Below are positions 9,354 to 18,589 of a stretch of DNA of 64,000 bases, piece by piece. Below the pieces are notes generated by a model. The model was given only the letters and a program-made list of their open reading frames with translations, did no database searches and was not told the origin of the DNA. The DNA comes from Bacilli bacterium (lineage in GTDB: Bacteria; Bacillota_I; Bacilli_A; RFN20; UBA1709): positions 9,264-73,263 of the forward strand of contig JAQUUH010000002.1 in the NCBI GenBank assembly GCA_028693955.1, in the 5' to 3' direction. How positions within the stretch are numbered: position 1 is the first letter of the stretch; each line of letters starts with the position of its first letter. The translations under genes and the position numbers were made by a program.

Positions 9354-10799
9354 ATGAATAAGAATTACGAAAAATACTTTATTAAACCATCTATTAAAAA
9401 TGCCGCCAAAAGAACTAAAAAGAGAGTTGAAATCATTAGGAAAGATGTAGTTATTCCCGATCGACTCAAACAAATTGCTATTAATAAAACATATTGTGTT
9501 AGAACTTTTGGTTGTCAAGCAAATGAAAGAGATGGAGAAATTATATCGGGTATACTAGAAGAAATAGGATACAAGTTTGAATCTAATCCTGAAAAAGCGG
9601 ATTTAGTTATTTTAAACACATGTGCTGTAAGAGAAAATGCTGAAGAAAAAGTCTTTGGAACAATGGGAGGACTTAAAAAAATAAAAAATGATAATCCGGA
9701 TTTCATTTTTGGAATTTGTGGATGCATGGTCCAACAAGATGATATTGTTGAAAAAATATTAAAAAAATATCCTCAAGTTGACCTCATTTTTGGTACTCAT
9801 AATATTAATAATATACCAGCCTTAATTGATAATGCCTATTTTGATAAAGCAAGGGTTGTTGAAGTATATTCTAAAGAGGGGGAAGTCTATGAAAATCTTC
9901 CTTCTAAAAGAGAAAACAATCTTAAAGCTTGGGTAAATATTATGTATGGTTGTGATAAATTTTGCACCTATTGCATTGTCCCTTATACAAGAGGCAAAGA
10001 ACGCAGCCGATTGATGGAAGATATACTCCAAGAAGTTAATGATTTAAAAAAATCAGGATATAAGGAAATAACCTTACTAGGACAAAATGTTAACGCTTAT
10101 GGTAACGACTTGAATCTAGGATATAATTTTGCTGATTTGCTAAATGAAGTTGCCAAAACTAATATTGATAGAATACGCTTTACAACATCTCATCCTTGGA
10201 ACTTTACCAAAGAAATGATTAATGCTATTGCCAACAATAAAAACATCATGCCCTATGTCCATCTCCCATTACAAAGTGGAGATGATGATATATTAAGAAA
10301 AATGGCAAGAAGATATACAATAAAAGAATATGTGGATTTATACAAAGAAATTAGAAATAAGATTGAAGGAGTATGTATTACTACTGATATAATTGTTGGA
10401 TTTCCAGGAGAAACCCTAGAGCAATTTGAAAATACTCTAAAAATTGTTGATGAGCTAAAGTATGATGGTGCCTTTACTTTTATATATTCTCCAAGATCAG
10501 GGACACCTGCTGCAAAAATGAAAGACGATGTCTCTAACAAAGAAAAACACGAACGCTTTAATAGATTACTTGATATAGTAAACAAACATGCTTTAGATAG
10601 AAATAAAGAATATGAGGGGAAAATACTAAAAGTGTTAGTTGAAGGCCCTTCAAAAAGAAATCCTAATATTTTTTCTGGATACAGCGAAAATAATAAACTT
10701 GTAAATTTTGTAGGTAATCCTAATATGATTTCTAAAATAGTAAAAGTAAAAATTAAAAAAGCAAAATCTTTCACATTAGAAGGTGAAGCAATTGGATAA
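9354..10799 (+). CDS. miaB: tRNA-2-methylthio-N6-dimethylallyladenosine synthase (radical-SAM methylthiotransferase)
   Basis: MTTase N-domain RTFGCQANERD...LNTCAVRENAE...GICGCM, a radical SAM CDKFCTYCIVP and a C-terminal TRAM domain. The N-terminal extension (KYFIKPSIKNAAKR) matches B. subtilis YmcB/MiaB rather than RimO/MtaB. Confidence 0.9.
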   Translation: MNKNYEKYFIKPSIKNAAKRTKKRVEIIRKDVVIPDRLKQIAINKTYCVRTFGCQANERDGEIISGILEEIGYKFESNPEKADLVILNTCAVRENAEEKVFGTMGGLKKIKNDNPDFIFGICGCMVQQDDIVEKILKKYPQVDLIFGTHNINNIPALIDNAYFDKARVVEVYSKEGEVYENLPSKRENNLKAWVNIMYGCDKFCTYCIVPYTRGKERSRLMEDILQEVNDLKKSGYKEITLLGQNVNAYGNDLNLGYNFADLLNEVAKTNIDRIRFTTSHPWNFTKEMINAIANNKNIMPYVHLPLQSGDDDILRKMARRYTIKEYVDLYKEIRNKIEGVCITTDIIVGFPGETLEQFENTLKIVDELKYDGAFTFIYSPRSGTPAAKMKDDVSNKEKHERFNRLLDIVNKHALDRNKEYEGKILKVLVEGPSKRNPNIFSGYSENNKLVNFVGNPNMISKIVKVKIKKAKSFTLEGEAIG

Positions 10800-11118
10800 A
10801 AAAACAAAATTGATAATAGAGGAATTACGAAACTTAATTTCACATTACCCTTTAGTAAAAGAATTTAATATTCTTTCTAAAGACATTAAAAAAAATGATG
10901 AGTTAGAAAAATATGAAGAAAAACTCAAAAATTATCAAATGGAAATGGTACACTCATTAAACAACAATGATGATGATAAATATAACTCTATATTAAAAAA
11001 ATATGAATGTTTAAAAAATGATTATTACAACAATCCATTGCATATGAATTATTTGTCTTTAAAAGAAGAAATAAATTCTTTTATCCAAGAAATTGTTGAA
11101 ATATTAAATAATCCATAA
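10783..11118 (+). CDS. ricA: YlbF/YmcA-family protein (RicA-like regulator)
   Basis: An all-helical 111-aa protein with the YmcA-like pattern (..I..Y......F......+..ND.L..YEEKL.NYQ ... NPLHMNYLSLKEEINSFIQEIVEIL versus B. subtilis IPVIQEFRDSQMEVNDLLQLV). It sits immediately after miaB, exactly as ymcB-ymcA in Bacillus. The call rests on weak similarity plus synteny. Confidence 0.45.
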   Translation: MKQLDKKTKLIIEELRNLISHYPLVKEFNILSKDIKKNDELEKYEEKLKNYQMEMVHSLNNNDDDKYNSILKKYECLKNDYYNNPLHMNYLSLKEEINSFIQEIVEILNNP

Positions 11119-11148
11119 AAGAATGATTTATTTCATTCTTTTTTTTCA
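11117..11148 (+). terminator. Rho-independent terminator after the ricA-like gene
   Basis: Hairpin AAGAATGA-TTTAT-TCATTCTT followed by TTTTTTTC. Confidence 0.5.
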
Positions 11149-11277
11149 TTAAATCTTTTAAAAAGTGTATAATTTAGTAAATTGCAACCAATAGTTGTCA
11201 ATTTTCAAACTACAATAGATAGTGCAACCAAGTATTTTAATGATAATATTTGATTGCAAAACAAGGAGGTGTAATCT

Positions 11278-12003
11278 ATGAACATTGAAATTGCAAATAG
11301 ATTATTAGAACTTAGAAAAAAAGCTGGTCTTAGCCAAGAAGAGCTTGCTAACAAATTAGGAATTAGCAGACAATCTGTATCCAAATGGGAGCGCGCAGAA
11401 TCATCGCCTGACACAGATAATTTAATATGCCTAGCAAAGATTTACAATGTATCTTTAGATGAAATATTAAATACCGATGAAACAATCGAAGAAATAGCCA
11501 AAAGTGCTAAAAAAAGAGCTGATGAAAAAATACAAATTATAAAAGGGGATAAATGCATGATTATAAATGGGAAAGGAACGACATATGTCCCAAGATTTAG
11601 TCAAAGACAAAAAAGAAAAGTTTCTAAAATGCATAAATTCCCATACCCAATTTTTGTAATTATAATCTACCTAATTCTTGGTAGTTTATTTAACTGGTGG
11701 CACCCTGGTTGGTTATTGTTTTTAACAATCCCTTTATACTACACACTAGTTGAAGCAATTGCAAAAAAATCAGCATTAATATTTGCTTATCCAGTTCTTG
11801 TGACAATTGTATTTTTCATCCTTGGATTTTATTATAATTGGTGGCATCCTGGCTGGGTAATATTTGCAACTATACCATTATATTATTCATTAATTTCTTT
11901 TGGAAAAGATAGAAATAGTAAAAAACATCAAGAAGTTAATGATATTGATGACGATGATGATGAAGAGGATGATATTGACGATGAAAAAGATAATATGGAG
12001 TAG
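11278..12003 (+). CDS. Membrane-anchored XRE-family HTH transcriptional regulator with a duplicated 2-TM module and an acidic C-terminal tail
   Basis: N-terminal Cro/C1 HTH (LRKKAGLSQEELANKLGISRQSVSKWERAESSPDTDNLICLAKIYNVSLDEIL). Two tandem copies of [TM]-(F/Y)NWWHPGW-[TM]-IPLYY follow, then a tail DIDDDDDEEDDIDDEKDNME. The RBS AAGGAGGTG lies 7 nt upstream. Confidence 0.7.
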   Translation: MNIEIANRLLELRKKAGLSQEELANKLGISRQSVSKWERAESSPDTDNLICLAKIYNVSLDEILNTDETIEEIAKSAKKRADEKIQIIKGDKCMIINGKGTTYVPRFSQRQKRKVSKMHKFPYPIFVIIIYLILGSLFNWWHPGWLLFLTIPLYYTLVEAIAKKSALIFAYPVLVTIVFFILGFYYNWWHPGWVIFATIPLYYSLISFGKDRNSKKHQEVNDIDDDDDEEDDIDDEKDNME

Positions 12004-12961
12004 TATCTTACTATTAGCAGCAATTGGAGTTGCAATATGGTCATCATTTGATTTTAAAGGGTTCCCAACAATTACGGAGGAAGGTAATACTATGAATAAA
12101 ATAATCAATGAGGAAGTTAATAAAATATACTTAGAAATAGATAATAGAGCAATAGAAATAACTGCTAGCGAAGATGAAAATTATTATCTAGACTATACAG
12201 AATCCAAATTTTTAAACACAACTTATAGTTTTAAAGACGGAGAGTTATCTCTTATGCAAAAACAAAAAAAGGTTTTATCATTTTTTAACTGGGGATTTCA
12301 AAATCATGATAAAGTTATATTGAAAATTCCAGCAAGCTTTAATGGAAAACTTATTGGTATAGCAAGCAATGCTTCAATTAATACATCATTAGAAAATACA
12401 ATGGAAAAAATTGAGTTAAAAACTTCTAATGCTAAAATAAATGCTAAAGATTTTATAGCAACTAATTGCTTTTTCCAAAGCAGCAATGGAGATGTAACTA
12501 TTCATAACACTTCTTGTTTAGAGGGGGTATTACATGTTGAAACAAGCAATAGCGATGTAACTGTTTCAGATACAAACTGTCCCGAACTTGTAGCAGAATC
12601 TTCAAATGGAAATATAATTATAAGTCATGTTAAAGCAAATGAAATAACTGCTGAGACTTCTAACTCAAGTATAGAATATTACTATAATACTGCAAATAAG
12701 ATTATTGCTGAAACTTCTAATGGTAGAATTAATGGTAGTAGTAATGAAATTGACATTATGCAACTAACAACAAGCAATTCTAGAGTTGAAGTATCAATAT
12801 TGGGTGAAATTGAAGATTATAAACTTTATGCCAAGACTTCTAATGGTTCTATTGAAATTGGAAATTCACGTTTTGGAGATGAAGTAATAATTGAAAATGA
12901 TGCAACAAAAATTGTAGATATAGAAACAAGTAATGGATCTGTAGTAATTGATTTTAATTAA
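11981..12961 (+). CDS. DUF4097-family beta-repeat protein (LiaG/YvlB-like putative adhesin domain) with an N-terminal TM anchor
   Basis: N-terminal TM helix IIWSSILLLAAIGVAIWSS. At least 6 repeats of the ~20-aa beta-strand unit (A/V)ETSN(G/S)x(I/V)... follow (VETSNSDVTV, AESSNGNIII, AETSNSSIEY, AETSNGRING, TTSNSRVEVS, AKTSNGSIEI, IETSNGSVVI). The start could be any Met between 11900 and 11981. It overlaps the 3' end of the XRE gene in another frame. Confidence 0.65.
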   Translation: MKKIIWSSILLLAAIGVAIWSSFDFKGFPTITEEGNTMNKIINEEVNKIYLEIDNRAIEITASEDENYYLDYTESKFLNTTYSFKDGELSLMQKQKKVLSFFNWGFQNHDKVILKIPASFNGKLIGIASNASINTSLENTMEKIELKTSNAKINAKDFIATNCFFQSSNGDVTIHNTSCLEGVLHVETSNSDVTVSDTNCPELVAESSNGNIIISHVKANEITAETSNSSIEYYYNTANKIIAETSNGRINGSSNEIDIMQLTTSNSRVEVSILGEIEDYKLYAKTSNGSIEIGNSRFGDEVIIENDATKIVDIETSNGSVVIDFN

Positions 12962-12999
12962 CAATTCAATTTCATAAATCTTAAAAATAATAATTTAAT

Positions 13000-13032
13000 A
13001 AAAAAACCAAGACTTAATTGTCTTGGTTTTTA
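13000..13032. terminator. Bidirectional rho-independent terminator at the convergence of the DUF4097 gene (+) and mfd (-)
   Basis: A-run, then CCAAGAC-TTAATT-GTCTTGG, then a T-run. The mfd stop codon lies inside the loop. Confidence 0.5.
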
Positions 13033-16000
13033 ACATAAGATTTAATTTTTTCTAATATAATTATTAAATTATTTAACCACATTTTGTCTTTTTTATATAA
13101 CTTCATTTTTATTTTTTTATTTCTAAATGTTAAATTTATATTTCTAGATATTTCTTGAGTAATTTTGAAAAGAAAAATACCAACACCATTTATATCCATA
13201 ACTTTTGAACTGAATGTTATCTCATAATATTCTTTACTATCTTGACTACTCTCAACAATATCATTAGATTTAAGAATTTCTAACCTTCGCTTTTCTAATA
13301 ACAATTTTACATTAGTCGGAAGTTTACCATATATATCCGTCATTTCATCTTCTAAATCTTTTAATTCTTTTAAATTCTTTGCTTCATCAATTTTTTGATA
13401 AAGATTTATCTTATCCATATCATCATTAGTAAATTCTTTATTTATATAAGCATCAATGGCAATTGGATTATTAATTTCGGGTTCTGGTGTTTTGATTCCT
13501 GTTTTTCTTTCTTCAATTGCTTCGTGTAAAAGTCTGATATACATATCAATACCCACCATGTCTATAAAACCAGATTGTTCTGCTCCCAAAATATCTCCGG
13601 CTCCTCTTATAGATAAGTCTCTCATGGCTATTCTATATCCACTACCAAGTTCTGCAAACTCTTTTATTGCCCTTAGCCTTTTTGTAGCTATTTCACTTAA
13701 TTGTTTTTGTGGCCTATAAAGCAAGTATGCATATGCTAATCTATCTCCTCTACCAACTCTTCCTTTTATTTGATAAAGCTGACTAAGTCCAAAATGATCT
13801 GCATCTTCAATTATTATTGTATTAGCATTTGGAATATCTATACCATTTTCAATTATTGTTGTACAAACCATTACATTTGCTTCTTTATTATTAAATCTAT
13901 ACATTGCTTCTTCAGTATCTTCCTTACTCATTCTTCCATGAATTACTATGACTTTTGCTCCTCTAATTCTACTTTCTATGTCTTTTGCCACTGAATATAT
14001 ATTAGAAATTTTGTTATACAAATAAAATACTTGTCCTTCTCTTGCAAGTTCTCTTTCAATTATTTCCTTTATTAATTTACTGTTTTTTTCAATTACATAT
14101 GTTTGAATTGGCATTCTTTGCAAAGGAGGTGTATCAATCTGGGATAAACTTCTTACTCCAATAAGAGCCATTTGAAGTGTCCTTGGAATTGGAGTTGCAG
14201 ATAAAGTTAATACATCCACTGATTTCTTCAATTCTTTTATTTTTTCCTTATGCTCAACTCCAAATCTTTGTTCTTCATCAACAATAAGCAATCCCAAATC
14301 TTTAAATTTAATGTCATTAGACAAAAGTCGGTGAGTTCCCACAACAAAATGCATTGAGCCATTTTCCAACTCTCTTAAATATTTATTTTGTTCTCTTAAA
14401 CTTATGAAGCGATTTAATATTCCAACATTTATTGGAAAATTTTGAAATCTTTGTTTAGCATTTTCATAATGTTGATAAGACAACAATGTAGTAGGGCATA
14501 ATAACGCAACTTGTTTCCCACTCATTATTGCTTTAAAAGAGGCTATAAATGCTACTTCTGTTTTACCAAAGCCCACATCACCACATAGTAATCTATCCAT
14601 TGGATAAGGACTTTCCATATCTTTTTTTATTTCCACCACAGAGCGCTTTTGATCTGGGGTAAGTTCAAATGGAAAAGAATTTTCAAATTCTTTTTGCCAT
14701 TCATCGTCTTTCCCAAATGCAAACCCAGTATTATTAACTCTTTCAGAATATAAATTCATTAATCTATCGGCAATATCAGCAATTCTACCTTTTATTCTGC
14801 TTTTTGTTTTTTGCCATTCTTCGCCACCCAATTTATTCAATTTAGGTTCTATTCCCTCTTTAGAAACAAATTTACGAATTAATCTAAATTGCTCTAATGG
14901 AACATAAAGAACATCATTGCCTTTATATCCTATATGCAAGTAGTCTCTATGTATACCATCCATTTCTATTGTTTCTATTCCCAAAAATTTGCCTATACCA
15001 TGAGTTTCATGAATGACATAATCACCAATTTTTAAATTCTCATAAGATTGTAAAGGTATCCCTTGTTTATAACGAGAAATACTCCTATAACTTACTCCAC
15101 CATTGCCAAAAAGTTCTCTAGCACTTATATAAACTAATGAATCTTCTTTAATATAAAACCCTTCTTTTAAAACAAATTCAGTATAATTTAATTTATTTTT
15201 AGGCAATACATTATAATCTATATATTTTAAATCAAGTCCCCATTCTTTTACCCATGATTTTATGTAATCTATTTGATTTTTATTTTCTAAACATAAAACA
15301 ACTTTATTGTTTTTTAAATAATTCTCAATAATTTGTCTTGCTACTATTGAATTACCATTAGAACTTTCAACGCTTGTTATTCCACTATATATATCACTAT
15401 CTTTTTTCTTGAATTCATTCAAATATGTTTTTGAATTTAATAAATTTAAAATTTCACTTAACTCATGGTGTAACTTTAAATTAATATTATTTTCTTCTTC
15501 TAAATATTCAAAAGTCTCCTTAAGCAAAATATTATAATTTTCTTTTATATAATCATAATTGGATACTATTAATATTGCATCTTTGGAAAAATAATTTATT
15601 AATGATTCTGGATTGTTTTGTAATAATTTATAATACTTATATAACAAAGAATAGTTTCTTGTATCTAATAATTCTTTTAAATCCTCTTTTTGGATTTCTA
15701 AAATATCTGGATTATTTATCAAACCATTTATTTTATTAAATAAAGTTGATTCTGATGCAATTAAATCTGTTGCAGGAATTATTTTTACTTCTTTTGTAAT
15801 TTCTATTGTTTTTTGAGTATCTAAGTCAAAAAATCTCAAACTATCAACATTATTTCCAAAAAACTCTATCCTTATTGGATTATCATAATTAAGACTAAAA
15901 ATATCTAGAACTCCTCCTCTTTGAGCATATTGTAAAGAGTGTTCAATCATATTAACTTTTTCATACCCACAATTTGAAAGAAAATTACATAGTTGATTAA

Positions 16001-16436
16001 TATCCATTTCACTATTTAATTTAATATTTTTGATATTATCAATAAATTCTTGTTTGGGAGGAATATAACGAACTATTGCTGCAGTATGAGTTATAACAAT
16101 TGTTTTTTCTTTTTCAATTAATTTATTAAGAACATATACTCTTTGTGCTAACAATTCCTTTGAACTCGCAATTGCCTCTATTCTAAATGATTCATCACTT
16201 GGGAAAAAAAGACAAGAATCATCATTATTTAAAAGATTTATTAATCTATCGTATAATCTTTGTGCTGCATAAAGACTATTTTTTACAACAACAATTGTTT
16301 TATCTCCATGAGCAAAAGCACTAGCAATAACTAATGCTTCTTCTTCATTTTCACTACAAATTATAGTTTTGCCTTTTCCTTGTAGAAAAGCATCTACTAC
16401 TTTTTTCTTTCCAATAAGGTCAAGAATTGCTTTCAT
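13014..16436 (-). CDS. mfd: Transcription-repair coupling factor
   Basis: 1140 aa, with UvrB-homology N-terminal domains, a CarD/TRCF RNAP-interacting domain (IGDYVIHETHGIGKF), an SF2 helicase core (GDVGFGKTEVA, DEEQRFGV, TATPIPRTL) and a TRG motif. The pth-mfd order is conserved. Confidence 0.95.
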   Translation of the reverse strand: MKAILDLIGKKKVVDAFLQGKGKTIICSENEEEALVIASAFAHGDKTIVVVKNSLYAAQRLYDRLINLLNNDDSCLFFPSDESFRIEAIASSKELLAQRVYVLNKLIEKEKTIVITHTAAIVRYIPPKQEFIDNIKNIKLNSEMDINQLCNFLSNCGYEKVNMIEHSLQYAQRGGVLDIFSLNYDNPIRIEFFGNNVDSLRFFDLDTQKTIEITKEVKIIPATDLIASESTLFNKINGLINNPDILEIQKEDLKELLDTRNYSLLYKYYKLLQNNPESLINYFSKDAILIVSNYDYIKENYNILLKETFEYLEEENNINLKLHHELSEILNLLNSKTYLNEFKKKDSDIYSGITSVESSNGNSIVARQIIENYLKNNKVVLCLENKNQIDYIKSWVKEWGLDLKYIDYNVLPKNKLNYTEFVLKEGFYIKEDSLVYISARELFGNGGVSYRSISRYKQGIPLQSYENLKIGDYVIHETHGIGKFLGIETIEMDGIHRDYLHIGYKGNDVLYVPLEQFRLIRKFVSKEGIEPKLNKLGGEEWQKTKSRIKGRIADIADRLMNLYSERVNNTGFAFGKDDEWQKEFENSFPFELTPDQKRSVVEIKKDMESPYPMDRLLCGDVGFGKTEVAFIASFKAIMSGKQVALLCPTTLLSYQHYENAKQRFQNFPINVGILNRFISLREQNKYLRELENGSMHFVVGTHRLLSNDIKFKDLGLLIVDEEQRFGVEHKEKIKELKKSVDVLTLSATPIPRTLQMALIGVRSLSQIDTPPLQRMPIQTYVIEKNSKLIKEIIERELAREGQVFYLYNKISNIYSVAKDIESRIRGAKVIVIHGRMSKEDTEEAMYRFNNKEANVMVCTTIIENGIDIPNANTIIIEDADHFGLSQLYQIKGRVGRGDRLAYAYLLYRPQKQLSEIATKRLRAIKEFAELGSGYRIAMRDLSIRGAGDILGAEQSGFIDMVGIDMYIRLLHEAIEERKTGIKTPEPEINNPIAIDAYINKEFTNDDMDKINLYQKIDEAKNLKELKDLEDEMTDIYGKLPTNVKLLLEKRRLEILKSNDIVESSQDSKEYYEITFSSKVMDINGVGIFLFKITQEISRNINLTFRNKKIKMKLYKKDKMWLNNLIIILEKIKSYVKNQDN

Positions 16437-17007
16437 TATTATCCCTCTTATTGTACTTTGTCATTAACTTATTAAAATCTATTTTTGTAAAATCTATAAG
16501 GGCATCTACTATTGTAAATGCAATATCTTTTATTATTTCCATTTCTTCATTATTAAGTTTTCCTAGAACATAATTTGCTTTATTTGCTAATGTTGTTCTT
16601 CCAATACCAATTCTTATTCTTTTAAATTCTTGTGTTCCTAATTTTTGAATAATATCTTTAATACCATTATGTCCGGCTTCACTGCCTTTTTCTTTTAATT
16701 TGAACTTACCAAGTTCAAAATCCATATCATCATGAATAACAACAATATCTTCAATCGGTATTTTATAATAATTCACTATCTCTTTTACTGCTTGTCCTGA
16801 TAAATTCATAAAAGTTAAGGGCTTAAAAATAAATATATCCTCATTATTTATCTTAGTCTTGCAAACCAAACCTTTAAATTGAGCTTTTTGCTCATTAGGA
16901 CTAATGTTAAGTTTTCCTAAAAGAGTATCTATAATCATAAACCCTATATTGTGTCTAGTATATTTATATTCTGGACCAGGATTTCCTAAGCCAACATATA
17001 GTTTCAT
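16420..17007 (-). CDS. pth: Peptidyl-tRNA hydrolase
   Basis: MKLYVGLGNPGPEYKYTRHNIGF...HNGIKDI. Its stop overlaps the mfd start. Confidence 0.93.
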   Translation of the reverse strand: MKLYVGLGNPGPEYKYTRHNIGFMIIDTLLGKLNISPNEQKAQFKGLVCKTKINNEDIFIFKPLTFMNLSGQAVKEIVNYYKIPIEDIVVIHDDMDFELGKFKLKEKGSEAGHNGIKDIIQKLGTQEFKRIRIGIGRTTLANKANYVLGKLNNEEMEIIKDIAFTIVDALIDFTKIDFNKLMTKYNKRDNNESNS

Positions 17008-17027
17008 ACAAATACCCCCTTTTTTAT

Positions 17028-17738
17028 TTATAAATCTTTTAATTTTTTTATTTCATCAATTGTTAGTTTTCTAAATTGTCCTTCTTTTAATCCATTGGCA
17101 ACAATTCCTCCAAAAGACTCACGATTTAATTTAATTACTTCATATCCTATAGCTTCAAACATCTTTTTTATTTGACGATTTTTACCTTCATGTATCTTAA
17201 GAGAAATAATTGATCTATTTTGTTTACTATTATATTTTAAAAAATCAACACTTGCCTTGCTAGTTTTATAGTCTTCTATGTTTATCCCATTTCTTAAAGT
17301 TTCAAGTCTATTTTCATCAACCTTGCCGGCAACACTTGCAATATAAACTTTGTCTATTTCATTTTTAGGATGTGTTAATTTATTTGTTAAATCTCCATCG
17401 TTAGTAAACAATAAAACGCCAGTTGTATCAAAATCTAACCTTCCTATTGGATAAACTCTCTTATCAACATTTCTAATATAATCCATAACAGTCGGTCTTC
17501 CTCTATCATCTTTTACAGTAGATACACAATTTCTTGGTTTATTTAAAATATAGTAAACCTTCTCTTCAAAATTAATTTGTTTTCCATCAACTTCAATAAT
17601 AGCGTTTTCATCAACTGTTGTTCCAAGTTTAGTTACAATCTCATCATTAACTTTTACTTTTCCTTCTACAATTAAATTCTCGGCTTTTCTTCTAGAACAA
17701 AAACCTGAATTTGCTATAACTTTTTGTAATCTTTCCAA
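17028..17738 (-). CDS. rRNA pseudouridine synthase (RsuA/RluB family) with an N-terminal S4 domain
   Basis: S4 domain RLQKVIANSGFCSRRKAENLIVEGKVKVN and a catalytic PIGRLDFDTTGVLLFTNDGDL motif. Confidence 0.8.
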   Translation of the reverse strand: MERLQKVIANSGFCSRRKAENLIVEGKVKVNDEIVTKLGTTVDENAIIEVDGKQINFEEKVYYILNKPRNCVSTVKDDRGRPTVMDYIRNVDKRVYPIGRLDFDTTGVLLFTNDGDLTNKLTHPKNEIDKVYIASVAGKVDENRLETLRNGINIEDYKTSKASVDFLKYNSKQNRSIISLKIHEGKNRQIKKMFEAIGYEVIKLNRESFGGIVANGLKEGQFRKLTIDEIKKLKDL

Positions 17739-17749
17739 AATATCACCAC

Positions 17750-18589
17750 TTACTTTTTAATAATTGCTTCAATTATATCTTCTAGTTCACTTGAGTTAGA
17801 AAATTTTATTTTTATAGACTTATTACTTATTGATACTTTCTTTTTAAAATAATCTTTAAGCATTTGCTCTTCTTTTATATATTTGTTCTTCTCGTGTTTT
17901 TTTATAGCATTTACTCTTTGTTCTGTTTCTCTGACATTTAATTTATTTCTTTTTATATCACTCAATAATTCCAACATATCATCTTTATTTAGACCAACAA
18001 GTGAACGAGCATGACTCATACTTATTTGATCTTCAGCAATTTCTTTTTGAACTTCTGAAGGTAGTGTTAATAGGCGCAATACATTAGCAATATAAGGACG
18101 AGTTTTACCAAGTTTTTTTGCTAATTCCTCTTGAGTTATTTTTAAAGATTTTTGCAAATTTATGTATGCTTGAGCTTCCTCAATAACATTTAAATCTTCT
18201 CTTTGAATATTTTCTATAAGTGCAATTTCCATCATTTGCTCATTATCGAATTCTTCAACAATTGCTGGAATTTCTTTTAATCCTATCATTAAAGCTGCTC
18301 GATATCTTCTTTCACCTGCAACTATTTCATATCCGCTTTCAGACTGTCTAAGTAAAATAGGTGTTAGAATACCTTGTTCTTTAATTGAGTTTGCTAATTC
18401 TTGAAGTTTGTCTTTATTAAACATTACTCTAGGTTGATAGGGATTTGGAGAAACTAAATCTATATCAACATAACTTCGAGCTCTGCTAGAATCTTTTTGT
18501 AATAATTCTATTTGATTTGGAAGTTCTGATTTTAAAAGTTGTTCTAAATTCTTGCCAAGTTTTTTAAATTCATTTTTGCTTTCTTTCAC
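17750..18589 (-). CDS. parB: Chromosome partitioning protein ParB/Spo0J
   Basis: ParB box [20 protein letters not shown] and an HTH. It lies immediately downstream of parA. Confidence 0.9.
   Translation of the reverse strand: MKESKNEFKKLGKNLEQLLKSELPNQIELLQKDSSRARSYVDIDLVSPNPYQPRVMFNKDKLQELANSIKEQGILTPILLRQSESGYEIVAGERRYRAALMIGLKEIPAIVEEFDNEQMMEIALIENIQREDLNVIEEAQAYINLQKSLKITQEELAKKLGKTRPYIANVLRLLTLPSEVQKEIAEDQISMSHARSLVGLNKDDMLELLSDIKRNKLNVRETEQRVNAIKKHEKNKYIKEEQMLKDYFKKKVSISNKSIKIKFSNSSELEDIIEAIIKK

Noticed and set aside
11205-11414. 69-aa minus-strand ORF overlapping the XRE gene start and its promoter/operator region
   Set aside because: It is antisense to a well-supported HTH coding region and promoter, has no RBS, and is Cys/Leu/Ser-rich junk.
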